Made by a program: the position numbers and the translations under genes
Shown: piece by piece, positions 9,391 through 21,746 of the stretch
How positions within the stretch are numbered: the first letter of the stretch is position 1
Layout of the letters: each line of letters opens with the position of its first letter
Notes under the pieces: model-generated
What the model saw: only the letters and a program-made list of their open reading frames with translations
What the model was told of the DNA's origin: nothing
The model's database searches: none
Source: Macrostomum hystrix
Taxonomy: Eukaryota > Animalia > Platyhelminthes
Reading direction: 5' to 3'
NCBI GenBank assembly: GCA_950097015.1
Contig: CATNEN010000038.1
Coordinates: 28,458,001-28,522,000 of the forward strand
DNA: 64,000 bases

Positions 9391-9720
9391 ATGGCCGATG
9401 AGGATTACAACCGCCGCCCAGGAGAAAAATTTGTCGATATTAACATCCGAGGACGGCCGGTGGTGAAGGTCGATGCGGTCACGCAGGTGACCGAAGAAGA
9501 CATCGACGGTGGCATAACAACCGCCACGTCCACGGCTGACCTCCAGGAGCCTTACCTGGAAGACCTCTATGCCACTAGGCAAGCACAAGGTACCTGGGAG
9601 GCCCAGGGCAACTATCAGCCCGAGCCGAAAACCAAACATCAGCCATGGCCAACACCGAGAGGCCTCCGAAAATACTATCGGGAAAAGTACCCGGAACCGC
9701 CAAAGGATGAACAATTTTAA
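9391..9720 (+). CDS. Accessory ORF3 (109 aa, acidic/Pro-rich, unknown function)
   Basis: ATG in strong context (ACCATGG); GC-rich coding-like island flanked by AT-rich spacers just upstream of the PPT. Confidence 0.45.
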   Translation: MADEDYNRRPGEKFVDINIRGRPVVKVDAVTQVTEEDIDGGITTATSTADLQEPYLEDLYATRQAQGTWEAQGNYQPEPKTKHQPWPTPRGLRKYYREKYPEPPKDEQF

Positions 9721-9952
9721 TGATTCCCTATTAATTAACTTAACACTAAAACCACGCATACTCACACCATATTATTCACTATTTACAACAATGCTTAAAC
9801 GAATGAATTATACACTTACCCATTTACCCTCCTAATCCAATACTTTCAGATTTCAATGTCTTATATGTTCACAGACCTACTAGCAGTAGGCAGATTGACA
9901 ATCCGAAGAAGGCAATAGGCTGCATCTCCCTTGACCAGTCAAGGATTTCTTC

Positions 9953-9962
9953 AAAAGGGGGA
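9953..9962 (+). other. Polypurine tract (plus-strand primer)
   Basis: AAAAGGGGGA immediately followed by TG. Confidence 0.75.
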
Positions 9963-10993
9963 TGATATAAGACTTAGAAATCTGAAGGGAATTTAAGAGT
10001 TCGTCAGCGGGAAGCGAAAGCAAAAAATAGCAACAGCAGAAAGTGCGAGCAACCGAAAGGAGAATGATTAGACAAAATCCGCCCCCCAGAGATTAACTAT
10101 TCATTTCAGCGCAGGCCCGGTTCGGCATGACAGCAGCTGTGCCGACGTGGAGCTGGCTGAGACCGGATCCGCAGAGGCGCCGACGTGGAGCTGCCGGAGA
10201 CCGGATCCGCAGCTGTGCTGACGTGGAATGGCCCGAGACCGGAACGCAGCTGCGCTGACGTGGAGCTCCCGGAATCAACCCGGCCTACCCCGACCTGCAG
10301 CTGCCTGCATCGACCCAGCCCAGTCTGAAATTGGAGCCGCCCGGACCCGATCGGGAACGAGATCTGGAGGAGGCCGGAACCGCACAAGAAGACTGGATCG
10401 ATGAAGGGAAAGGGGATAATGAACAGTAGGAAAGAGGTCTCAGTAGAATTGGGAACGCATCCTAACTCAACTAAGGTATTTTCAGGACTTTTCCCCACCT
10501 CCCATAGAAAATGGGTTGGCGTGCCTGCTAACCAACTAGTTTAATGACAACAACTGTACTAGACTCGAGGCTGCGACCTCACTCACCCCAAATTCTCATG
10601 CGTACTGTTGCTATGGTATTTTCTTCCCCTCGGATCGAGGGTTTTAAAGACATTATATATATTGGTGCGGAGCGCGGAAAAAGATTCGCCGCTCCAGTTA
10701 GTTAGAGACTCACTTTGAGCTCCGTTTAGAAAATCATTGTGTTTGCGTTCTTTCTTAAGTAGAATCAGTGATAACGATCTAGAGATATCACCACTGCCAG
10801 CCGGTATACTGAGTATCGATAGTCGTTAGGAGTTATAGCCTTCAAGACTTTTAGACTGCAATAAACCGCTAGACAAAGTATAGGAAAACTACGAGTGAAG
10901 AAGAAGAGGAACACCAAACTTGAAGCGCTATAGAGTCGAAGGCCTTTAGAAAGTCTACGAAGATTCAGATGACCGTCGACTAGTCTCTTCTCA
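9963..10993 (+). repeat. 3' LTR (~1.03 kb)
   Basis: Imperfect inverted termini TGATATAAGAC / GTCTCTTCTCA; TATA-like TATATATAT ~10655; AATAAA 10860-10865; internal GC-rich repeats 10135-10270. 5' LTR and TSD cannot be checked in this window. Confidence 0.72.
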
Positions 10994-12200
10994 AATGCGG
11001 CGCAAAGCGAGAATCTGGTTCACCGTGCCCCTATCTGGCCAGAAGCCGTTTTGCTCTCGCCGGAGGAACGGGTCCAACACAGGTTGCAGCCGCGTCAGCA
11101 GTACCCTGTTGTACAGCTTCGCGGCGCAGGACATTAGAGATATTCCGCGACGTTCTTCAACCTTGATAGTTCCGGGCTTCATCGGGATCCCGACGATGTG
11201 CGCCGTCCGACATTCAGCGGGGGCGGGACCTCCCGCCAGCACGCAGTTCATCACTTGCGTGACTTCTTGCGCCACCAGCGGGAGGCGCAACACTTCGACA
11301 GACGCGTCGTCAGGTCCGGTGGCTTTGCTTCTTAGCGAGCAGAAGCACCTCGTCAAAGGTGATAGTGATAGGACTGGTGTTGAAAGAACTTTCTTCTGGC
11401 AGTGCGACCTCCGCGGGCAGAGACATGTTGTCTCTTGGCGCCGGCGGAGACGCGTTAACGATGCCAGAGAAAAAGGCTCTCAGTTCGTTTCGCCTCTTTT
11501 CGGGTGTGTCCCCAGACAGGTTCAGCGTACTGCGCCGTTTACGGCCTGTCAATTGGTTTACTACAGACCAAACGGCACGGGGCTAATTCTTGTCGGGCCC
11601 GGCATCGGTAATTTCTTGGATTGCGGCCTCAACAGCGGCGCGTTGCCGGGCCTTAAAAAACTCTGCTAAGGCCATCTAAGCTTCCTACGCAGGCTGTCCG
11701 CTCCTCGCCAGTCTTTCCACAATTTGCCGGGCCTGTCGCAGCGCCTCGTCGTTTTGCCGCACAGGCTGACCGCTTGCTACTGGTTTCACCAGAGGCAGCG
11801 TTTTAGTAGCGGCATCGTTTTAGTCCGAGTATTTGACAGGTGCTGCTGGTTCCGGTCGTTTATCCAGCGCGTCAGCAAAGGCCAGGCAGAAACGGTCTCT
11901 TGTGTTTGGGTCGCGCAAGGCGCGGAAAAAGCGTTTTGGCTGCTGCTTCGGTGGTCGGTATAGTGGGTCCCCTAGGCGCAGGTCACAGTAAAGCTATGGT
12001 CAGACCGAATTGCCAAAGGTGCTACCGTGTCGCAGTTGACTTCACGGCGCCGTTCTCTCCAGCGGATTAGTGCCTCGTCGGTGTTGTTGTTTTCGCGTGG
12101 GGTGACAAAGAGAGCTCGTTTAGACTTTCGCATAAGCGTTGAGGTCCACGCTTCCAAGCACAAGCACCGAGTCACGCTGAGCAACCGCCGAGAGGAACTC
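10994..12200 (-). pseudogene. Decayed non-LTR retrotransposon (LINE, RTE/CR1-like) ORF2 fragment: end of APE endonuclease to start of RT, frameshifted and interrupted by the LTR element
   Basis: RSDH endonuclease end motif (~12000); KATGPD..RGISLMSCAAKLYNRVLLTRL..REQNGFWPDRGTVNQI RT N-terminal motifs split over frames. Confidence 0.85.
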
Positions 12201-12921
12201 CAGAAATTGACGGTGCTCCATCGGGTGCGCAGCTGTGGGTGCATATAGCACAGAATAAGTGAATATTACGGGTGCGATATTTTTTCAAGAAGATGAAGCT
12301 GTCTGGCATTATCCCGCTGCAATGGGCACTGACGCATGATTGATGAAAGTTTTCCATTAATAGATGATCGGTCTGTCCCATCTCCGTTCTCACTCTGGGG
12401 TGCACATGCGCGCCGTAAGAAGGACACGATGTAGTAGCTCGTGCATCTGCCAATAACTTTTATTTGTCAGGCCGTGTGCACTCTAAGTGTGGCTGTGGGT
12501 TCTCAAGGGGGTAAAGGCAACTAACTTCTCTCTGAGGCAGCACACACATTAAAAACTTGGGCCATCGGCTCGGATTCGAGCGAACAGGAACCTTGGTGCA
12601 AATGTGTTTCAAATTTTGCCACTCACCTCTAAAAGGAATATTACCAACATGATGTGCTTCATACATTTCGCAAGGTTTAAGATTGTTTAAAGACCCTGTC
12701 TGTTTTACACAACGTGTACTATTTGTTATATTTATCCGCCTCAACTAGAGATTTAGAAACGTTACTTAAATAATTAATATGCATAGATGATAAGCGCTAT
12801 AAAAAATATGCAGCTCATATACATTGTGAGTCGATATTAACGTTAAATTTCTCATTTTCATTCATTCTTAGTTGCTTCTAAATTGCTTTGTTCTCACAGC
12901 TTCCATTTTTCAATAATATCC

Positions 12922-14065
12922 AGAGCTCGATTCCGCGGCGAGGCCACTTTGATTTAGGGCGCAGCCGCGGATAGAAGTCTTTGGGGCCTGTCATGCAATT
13001 TACGCCCTTGAGGGCCAACCTCTAAGGCACAGTAAGGGTGTACACCAGGGGTAGGCAAACTTATTTGCTGGCGGGCCAAAGAGAGAGCCTAAAAGACGAC
13101 AGCGGGCCGCATTGACTGTATAAAAGACAGGGAAGAGATTAGACACGGAAGAGATTAGATACGAGAGCGATGAGACACGAGAGAGATTAGACACGGCAGA
13201 GATTAGACACGGGAGAGATTAGATACGAGAGCGATGAGACACGAGAGAGATTAGACACGGCAGAGATTAGACACGGGAGAGATAAGACACGAGAGATATA
13301 AGACAGGGGAGAGATGAGACACGGGAGAGATTAGATACGAGAGCGATGAGACACGGGAGAGATTAGACACGGGAGAGATTAGATACGAGAGCGATGAGAC
13401 ACGAGAGAGATTAGACACGGCAGAGATAAGACGGGAGAGATGAGACACGGGAGAAATTAGATACGAGAGCGATGAGACACGGGAGAGATTAGACACGGGA
13501 GAGATTAGATACGAGAGCGATGAGACACGAGAGAGATTAGACACGGCAGAGATTAGACACGGGAGATATAAGACAGGGGAGAGATGAGACACGGGAGAGA
13601 TTAGATACGAGAGCGATGAGACACGGGAGAGATTAGACACGGGAGAGATTAGACACGGGAGAGATTAGATACGAGAGCGATGAGACACGGGAGAGATTAG
13701 ACACGGGAGAGATGAGACACAGGAGAGATAAGACACGGGAGAGATGAGACACAGGAGAGATTAGACACGGGAGAGATTAGACACGAGAGAGATGAAACAG
13801 GACACTGTAGATGTCAGAAGGGGCAACGGGCCGGATTTGGGAGCTTCGAGGGCCGCATCTGGCCCGCGGGCCGGAGTTTGCCGACCCCTGGTGTACACTG
13901 CCTGACGATAAGGATGTCTGGGCAGATGTACACACCTGTGTGCGTGTGTGCTCAGGAGTCAGCGAAATGGGCAGAATTGTCTCCTCGCTGAATACGGGTC
14001 TAGTGTCACCAAAAGATGTGCCATTGCCCGCAGCCATCCTGCACTTATTATTATTATTATTGTCA
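12922..14065 (+). mobile_element. tRNA-derived SINE family A copy, 5'-truncated and split by a hAT MITE
   Basis: 12922-13045 and 13891-14065 are collinear with the copies at 31710, 36026 and 53768; (TTA)n tail. Confidence 0.8.
13046..13890. mobile_element. Non-autonomous hAT (Charlie/Buster-type) MITE carrying a 16-bp minisatellite
   Basis: TIRs CAGGGGTAGGCAAAC / GTTTGCCGACCCCTG; 8-bp TSD GTGTACAC at 13038-13045 and 13891-13898; internal (GAGACACGGGAGAGAT)n-like array ~13125-13800. Confidence 0.92.
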
Positions 14066-14280
14066 TTAATAAGCATTCCGTCACCAGAAAATACCAATAA
14101 GAACAAAACAAAAATGTGAAAAAAACATAAACTAGTGAGATAACTATCGACTAAGGTGGACAATGGAAGTGAATTGGCGTAGCATTAAATTGAATCCACT
14201 GTGGCCAATTTCTTCGGAAATTGCGATCAGACAATGCGGCTTAGTAAAAAAAGTGTTTAAAGCCTTCAAGGTCACGCAGC

Positions 14281-14638
14281 TCACGCGCCCTCTCTGCCAG
14301 CAGTGCAGCTGCAGCACAGCGACCTTAGGCCAGACAGTCTGCCCAGGCCTCGCTGGCGTTCTCTGCCAGCTGACTTCAATTCGCCTATCTGTAGCTTAAC
14401 TTGCTGCCGTTTAACAGCAGCGATCAGCAAATCGTAGAATGCCTTCTGCACATTGTCCATTGTCAGGGCGGACGCTTCCAAGTAGGTCATGCTATAGTGT
14501 CTAGCGAATGTGTCAGCCTCAATATTGGATATGAGCCGACGGTCAGCCAAGTCAGATTTGTTGCCAACCAGAGCATAGTCAATGTGCTGGCAAAGTTCGA
14601 CGCTTTTAGCTTTCATCTTTGCCGACTCCTGAACTACT

Positions 14639-14673
<35 letters not shown>

Positions 14674-14826
14674 TTGACATTGGCTACAATTCGATAGGCG
14701 CCGAATGCGATCTAGCCAGACTGGCAACTGTTGAAATGACTCGAAATTGTCCAGAGCAAAGACGAGCATGACTGCATGAACGTCGGCGTAAAAGTCTGCC
14801 AATTGGTCACGCTCATGCAGTTTCTC
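14281..14826 (-). CDS. Divergent Rab-like small GTPase, exon 2
   Basis: AG acceptor 14828-14827 gives in-frame EKLHERDQLADFYADVHAVMLVF; LVGNKSD (G4), YLEASA (G5); poly-Q insert; LCCSC near C-terminus. Confidence 0.85.
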
Positions 14827-15309
14827 CTGCGCAGTTTAGTTTTTAGAAATGTCAAATTAATACGTAATAAACATTCTTTTAGTGGTCCGCCTGACCTTAC
14901 GAATGTGATTCAATCTACTGACATACTATCTACAGTATGTCCTTAGTGGGAGAGTGGGAGAGGGATACGGCGATAGGGAAAGAGGAATGGGAATAGGAAT
15001 AGGTGTGAATAGCACGAGATTCAGGCACAGTAGGGTAGAAAGGGAGGCAAACAGCCGGAGGTGGATAGGGGAGAAACTGAAAGAATGGAGGGAGAGGGGA
15101 GTGGGATGAAAGGAGAAGAAGAAGGCGAGGGGAATAGGGAGAAAGAGAGAGGAAGAGGTGGAGTTAAATAGTCCCGAATAGAGAGAAAGGGAGAGGAGGG
15201 GAGAGGAAGAGGATGAGGAAGAGAGAGAGGAAGAGGAGAGGAAGAGAGGGAAGAAAAAAGGAGAAAGAGAGATGAAGATTGGTAGGGGAATCTGGAGAAC
15301 GGGAGAGGA

Positions 15310-15640
15310 ATAGGGGAGATGGAATGGGGAGAAAGAAAGAGGAGGGGAGATGGAATGGGGAGAAAGAAAGAGGAGGGGGATGGAATGGGGAGAAAGAAAG
15401 AGGAGGGGAGATGGAATGGGGAGAAAGAAAGAGGAGGGGAGATGGAATGGGGAGAAAGAAAGAGGAGGGGAGATGGAATGGGGAGAAAGAAAGAGGAGGG
15501 GGATGGAATGGGGAGAAAGAAAGAGGAGGGGAGATGGAATGGGGAGAAAGAAAGAGGAGGGGAGATGGAATGGGGAGAAAGAAAGAGGAGGGGAGATGGA
15601 ATGGGGAGAAAGAAAGAGGAGGGGAGATGGAATGGGGAGG
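15310..15640. repeat. 31-bp purine-rich minisatellite in Rab intron (within a purine-rich tract ~15060-15830)
   Basis: (GGGGAGATGGAATGGGGAGAAAGAAAGAGGA)n, ~10 copies. Confidence 0.9.
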
Positions 15641-15907
15641 AAATAAAGACAAAGAGAGGAGGGAAAGGGGAGAAAGGGAGAAGAAGGGAGAAGAAGGGAG
15701 AGGAGGAGAGGGGAAAGGAGAAGAGAGAAGGAGAAAATGAGAGTAAGAGTAGGCGAGAGATGAAAGGGAGAGGGAATAAAGGGAGGGAAAAAGGGGAAGG
15801 GAAAGGCGAGGGGATAAAGACAGACGAAGTGGATGTAAGACTGAGACTAGATTTGACCATCGACTAGAGTACAAAAAGTGGACATAACTCTCAGTATTGA
15901 TACACAC

Positions 15908-16246
15908 CATGCCGCCCATGTCCCAAATTCTGACGTGAACTCTTCTGCCGTCAATGTCGACTATGAAGTGATGAAAATCGCCAGGCAGCGTCTGTTTCAG
16001 ATGCTCGATGCTGGCTTCGGCTCTGGCGAATCTACTAACCAAACTAGTCTTGCCAACTAGGCTAGAACCAACTAGCAATAGCTTCAACTTCAGCTCGGCT
16101 TTACAATTTAGCCGATGTTCCATTAGTTGCAGTTCCACGTTTTTCTCTTTCTTCTGTTTCCTTTGTTTAGGCTCCGATTGGCCATGTCGCTGGTCGATGT
16201 CTATGCGCTGTTCTGCTTGTTCTTCTATGGGCAGTTGCGCAGACAT
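15908..16246 (-). CDS. Divergent Rab-like small GTPase, exon 1
   Basis: KLLLVGSSLVGKTSL (G1), TLPGDF (G2 region), IWDMGGM (G3); GT donor at 15907, phase 0. Confidence 0.85.
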
Positions 16247-17803
16247 CTGTTAAATTTGCTGCTTGTTTTTTCTTGTTAGTCGAAGACGCTCTTTTGACGA
16301 ACGACGATTAAACAAAAAACCAACCTTGGCCAACTTAGAATGCAACGCTTAAAACGCGCCTTTTCTCTTCTTAAGTAAGCTTTTGGTCTCTGCCTTATAA
16401 TTATTGTTCTAGGCAGCCCTCTAGCCCTCTTACCCCCCTATCTTACCCCCGCCGTCCGTCCTGACCCACCACCCCATTTTCACACCCCAATCGCAAGCGG
16501 TCCGCTGCATGCCTAGTCTCGACAGCTCAAAATAGCAAGGACTGACCAAATGTACATTCTAAAGTTCCCCCTGCTGATTTCCCATTCAATATAAATACGT
16601 TTCATAAACTAACTGCACACTTCTCTGAATGTACTTACTGAACTCTGAACTCGTAAAGTCTGTACAATAGAAATAGGATAAGCCCAGAAAGTTCCTTTTT
16701 AGAACAGCGTGAGTAGTAATAACAAAAAATTCTAGTTTTCCGAGAATTGCAACTTAATTGTCGATTTTTTTTGGTTTATGTATAACATAAACGCGTTTTA
16801 TAAACATTCTGTGTTTAGAAAGTCCGAAACTTTTAACCATAGACTTTGATTAATTAAACGGCGTTTATTTAGATTATATAAAATCTGTTTGCCATTAAAT
16901 TAAATGATTTAATGAGCTCGTCGTGCAGACTGTTTGAACCATAGACAATATATTGCATGCCTAGAAGAAGCCCATTGAACGTCTAATACATAAGCCAGTC
17001 GGGTTTTATATCCATTCGGCAATCGCTGGTGCAAAAGTGAGTGCAAGAACATCCATAATAAGTTATTGTGTGCATTTAATCACACGCCAAAATCTTTGGA
17101 AAAGACAGTGCGAGACTGCATATGAGTTTTCTTGATATTAATGTTATATCTGGTCGAGGACTTTCGACCATAGAACCGAAATTCGGCGGGTATTATAAAA
17201 CTTGACCGTTTGAAATACAGCTAAAGTTTTCATTAAGAAAGACATAGAAAAGCTTCATTTAATTGGCCTCGTTTTCAGGCCTGCTATATCATGCATATTA
17301 TTGGCAACTTTTTAGTCACGATAATAAGACAGACCATGGACAAAAAATGGAGACTTTCTACAGTACAGTAAGTAAAGGACTATATATACGCAACATAACT
17401 AGTGTTTCTGAAGTTCAATGTTGTTATAATAAGTTTCAATTCATCAATGTGGTAGAATAATTATTTTGCTTTTGCAATTGAATAGTTTTTTACCATAGAC
17501 AGCAAGATTTGACAATTTTAAATGCGTGCGACCCTTCTGTGCAAGATTGGTCGAAGGACTAACGTGTAAAATGTGTAAATATAAACGTGTAAAATGTAGC
17601 ATATTTTATTATGGCTGAATAATAGAAATCAATGTGTTCCATGATCGCGCTTTAATTGGACTATTTGACAGCAGAAAAGGTCTCAACATTTTTTCAACGT
17701 TTTCTATACACAACATTAGAACTGGAAAGCAATCTAAAACACTATTCTCATGAATATTGGAATGCAGTATGACTCGAAAACTAGCGTTAGAATGCAATGG
17801 AAG

Positions 17804-19096
17804 CAGTGTTGGGCAAGTTACTTTAAAAAAGTAACTTCCGGTCAAGTAACTTCCGGTTCTAAAGAAAGTAACTCCCGGTAGTAGTTCCGGTACCGGCACT
17901 CGAAAATAAAAGTAACTTCCGGTTCTTCGGCACCGGTACTTTCTACTTTTGAAAAATCGCGTGTTAAAGAAGGGCTTAATTATGTTTTTATTATTAAAAA
18001 ACCAATAATAACATGCCTTTGCAACTGCCAACTTGTCTAGAGTAAAACCAAGTGGAAAATGATTAAATGAAATTATTGAAAACGAAAAATTAATTTCTGA
18101 AAACCTATATTTTTATGGTTTTTGCTTCTTTTTCCAGCACTAAGGTTCAATCCTTGCTGTGGCAGAACTTTACCAATTACCACTCAAAAGTTTGGCCTGC
18201 GCAACTAAAAAAGCTGAAAAAAAATTAGATTTGCATGTATTTTACACCATAACATTACATTAAGTTTAAATTTGAATAAAGCGTGCGCAAATAGACTAAA
18301 CGTGATCAGTAAAAAATGAAAATTCGAAAATTGAAAAATCGCGCCTCTGTTTGACGATAATTCGAGCCTGCCCTCAGAAATCGCATATTCGCGCCTCAAT
18401 CACACCACTGAATAACTAACAACACAAGAGTCTTACAAACTAATGACATAAAGTGACAACTCTAAAAAGGTGGAAGGAGTAGCTCTAGTGGCGCTGCTGC
18501 CCTGCTGATAATTACCTTTATTAATTCAATAACCTTTTAAGCCCTGAAAAAACTACTTTGACATTTAGACAATTTAGCCTAGGTTAACAGCTGAGAAAAA
18601 AAGTTTGCATGCTTCTTAAAAGGAACCCCCGTAATTTAAACTTGAAAGCTTTAGCACTAGTGTAAAAGCTAGATATAGACAGTCATGTTGTCACAATTCA
18701 CATCAAATGCCTGTTGCCGCGAAGTAGTACAAGGCGGTTTAGTGTCGCATCGGCAAGAGGTGCTCGCTTTGCTCGAATTAAAAATTTAATTTTTTAAAGA
18801 ACCAAAAAGTTGTTAAAATTCACCAACTAAATAAAATTCGAAATTTCTCGGCATTTCTTACGACATTATGAACTGATGATATGAAAATTCTTTCAATTTG
18901 TATGTTTTCTTTACTTTCTGTCTCTTTTTTTCTCTGCATTTAAAAAAGTGCCGGAAGTACCGGACTTAACAAAAAGTAACTTCCGATACCCTAGTCCGGC
19001 ACTACAAAAAAAAGAACCGGAAAAAAGTGCCGCTTTGAAAAACAGTAACTTCCGGCACAAAAAGTGCCGGAAGTGCCGGAAGGTTGCCCAACACTG
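17804..19096. mobile_element. Non-autonomous hAT DNA transposon (1293 bp)
   Basis: 13-bp perfect TIR CAGTGTTGGGCAA / TTGCCCAACACTG; 8-bp TSD AATGGAAG at 17796-17803 and 19097-19104; subterminal AAGTAACTTCCGG repeats at both ends; no transposase ORF. Confidence 0.93.
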
Positions 19097-19719
19097 AATG
19101 GAAGCAACTCTAACAAGATGTATATGACTCTGGTGACATCTCTTAATACATGTACGAGATCGTATACGAAACATGTGTTGAAATTTAAATACTTGAAATT
19201 TTCTGGCAATAAGTGTCTATCAATCAAACTATTTAAAACTGAATTCAAGGATGGGTAAGACTAGACTCACCTTAGACAGGAGAAAACGCTTTTCAAAACA
19301 CATATAGGCTCAGGACTTGCTCTTCAAAACCGAAAAAACTAAACTCATACAGTCGCTTCCCTGTCTCTAAGTTGAAAGACACTTCAGAAGTTGAGTACCG
19401 CGAGAATAAAACTCATCCAGGACAGTGTGAAACTCTTCAGACTTCGACATGAGGGACAGTTGCGACTGCGTTTGTCGCATCAGGATATGTTTTATATCAA
19501 TTGACAGACTTGACAAACGTTGAAATTGCCTTAAGTTAATTGCCCCATCATCTTCATCATCTTCATCAAAATTGACAGTCTTAAAAACTCATCAAGACGC
19601 AGGAGTGGTGCAAATACTTAACAGACAGCGCAGTCAGTCCTGCATGCTACTCTAACAAACAGCTCAACCAACAAAGCTGAACAAAATATTTGAAGGCAAT
19701 GACTGGAAATAATTCTGGC

Positions 19720-20475
19720 ATGAAGTCCGACTCAATCATTGTGGCGTTGCTACTGCAGGTCCTGTTGCACTCGCATCCGTCGTTGTCGCTGTGTCCAGCT
19801 CCGTTCAAACAGGAGGCAGGCAGGTGCGTGTTCGTGAACACTACTCAGAGCTTCACCTGGTGCTCGGCCAATCGGCAGTGCGCATCGATCGGAGGTGAGC
19901 TCATCAACTCGTACAGCTCGCTGCAGCTGCTCAGCAGCATGCCGAGCTTCAACTGCGGCTGCAACATTTGGCTCGGAGTTTCTGACATGGCTGATGAAAA
20001 AAACAAGAGTAGGTCAGGCTGGCAGATCATTCTCGACAAAGGAATTTTACCGCTGAATAACTCATTGTGGCGAAATGGGGACCCGAACAACAATGGCGGC
20101 ATCCAAGACTGCATTGGACAGAACTATGACGCTATTGGAAAGCTCTCTGACAACAGATGTTCTCAGCCTAGGGGGTTTGCGTGCGAGTTGGCTGGATCTG
20201 TCCCGACTGCAACTGGCTCAAGCCACACATGGCTGGCGACTCCTTTCAAGCGCACCAGCTACAATCCGAGCACCGAGTACTGCTACTCTGACATCAGCAA
20301 TGTCCGGAGTGATCTTGAATGCGTCTTTTTTGCTTATAACGAGGGCAACAGCAGGCGCGTGCTGTACAACAGCAGGCTGAGGACTTGTCGCCTGCTGCTG
20401 TTCATCGACGCTCAGGTTGAGGAGGCCATCGAGACGAGCGCTGATTGGGTCAAGTTCGACATCAATACTAGATAA
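19720..20475 (+). CDS. Secreted C-type lectin domain + C-terminal PAN/apple-like domain protein, copy 1 (intronless; alternative ATG at 19699)
   Basis: Signal peptide; CP..F...GRC, TW..A..C..IGGEL, IWLG, W..GDPNN..QDC, LSD..C...FACE; C-terminal S..EC...Y....C.L pattern; AATAAA at ~20635. Confidence 0.88.
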   Translation: MKSDSIIVALLLQVLLHSHPSLSLCPAPFKQEAGRCVFVNTTQSFTWCSANRQCASIGGELINSYSSLQLLSSMPSFNCGCNIWLGVSDMADEKNKSRSGWQIILDKGILPLNNSLWRNGDPNNNGGIQDCIGQNYDAIGKLSDNRCSQPRGFACELAGSVPTATGSSHTWLATPFKRTSYNPSTEYCYSDISNVRSDLECVFFAYNEGNSRRVLYNSRLRTCRLLLFIDAQVEEAIETSADWVKFDINTR

Positions 20476-21746
20476 GAATATGATTCGCAGCTTTGTGTCG
20501 GATTATTTGTTGCGAAGTTTGAATTGTAGATCGAAGTTATAGGTGATAAACCTCTCTCCTGTTCGTGTTAAACAAGGCAAACAACAAGAAATGATTAAAC
20601 TTAAAGAAGATAAACAAAAAATGCACTTCATGTCAATAAAATAACAACGTGACGCTTTATTATTGGATGGCTACAATTGATCGATATGTTATTGGTACCT
20701 ATTGGTTATAGCTGTTACTGAATCCGCATCGATAAGCAAAAAAAATCTAACGCACTAACATTCGCAGAGCTACTATTAAACGGCCCTTCTGGGTCTTCGT
20801 GTTCCAAACTGTTATATTACTTTGAAGTGTAACGACACAACGCTTTGACACCACTCCTTAACCGAAAATGGACAGTATACATTAAAATGCTGAATTCTGG
20901 CCACCAACTTTGAACAGCCCGATGAGTGCAGACCTCGTATGATTTTAGATCAACCTGAATAATTTTACGTCCTTAAAACTCTTGTATAAATACTAATACT
21001 CCTATAATTATTAGCAGTGGTAGCAGTTATAATAGCGTGTAATAATCTGCAGCTGTCATCTAGCTTGTGACATCTTAGAGTTTCGGACTCACCCCTTAAG
21101 GGTCGGGGGGAGGTGAAGTTCCCGACTCCGGTGGGACAACTAGTGTCCAATAGCAAAATAGAGAACTCATTCTCTAAATTGATTTGGTTCACTCAGCTGT
21201 TACACAGGTACCAGCATTTAGCTTGGCTTATTTAGTGCAATTGCGTGCAATAACTGCGGCTGTGCTGTCGGTTAAACATCTAAGCAAAATTGAATAAAAA
21301 TAATAATAATAGAGATATGGTAGACAAAAAATTAAGCTCGATTTTAATGCTCGTGTCGATTTTCAGTCACTTTAGCTGCTTCTACGTAAAAAATGTCAAC
21401 ACTCATTGGAGTTGCACGCGTACATTTAGTGTCATACAATCATGTGAAAAACGTTTTCATGCAGCATTATACGAGCGTAGCTCCTAAGATCTAGCATTCT
21501 TCATTCAGGTACGGCACACTTTCAAAAATTGTCTGGGTTATGATGTGTGCATGTATATTTTCGGCACGTGATGAACTAAAAACAGCAAAAAGGTTTAAAA
21601 TCGATTCCAAAAAATAGCAACCGACATTATCCACGTCTAAAGATTCCTATATCCTATGCCACCTGAGGCCACCCAATCATGACCTCGCTTAAGCCGTAGG
21701 ACCTAAATCTGACAGTTGTAATTTTCTCATTTCGCATCAAAATTCT

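Larger units (their letters stand above)
1..10993 (+). mobile_element. Ty3/Gypsy LTR retrotransposon / endogenous retrovirus-like element with envelope, 5' end outside window
   Basis: PR-RT-RH-IN domain order in ORF 1..6942; polypurine tract AAAAGGGGGA (9953-9962) abutting TGATATAAGAC; LTR-like block ends GTCTCTTCTCA (10993) exactly where a LINE RT frame is cut. Confidence 0.93.

Noticed and set aside
15164-15907. 360-aa ORF extension of Rab exon 1
   Set aside because: Read-through into a CT-rich intron; splicing at 15908/14826 restores the GTPase fold
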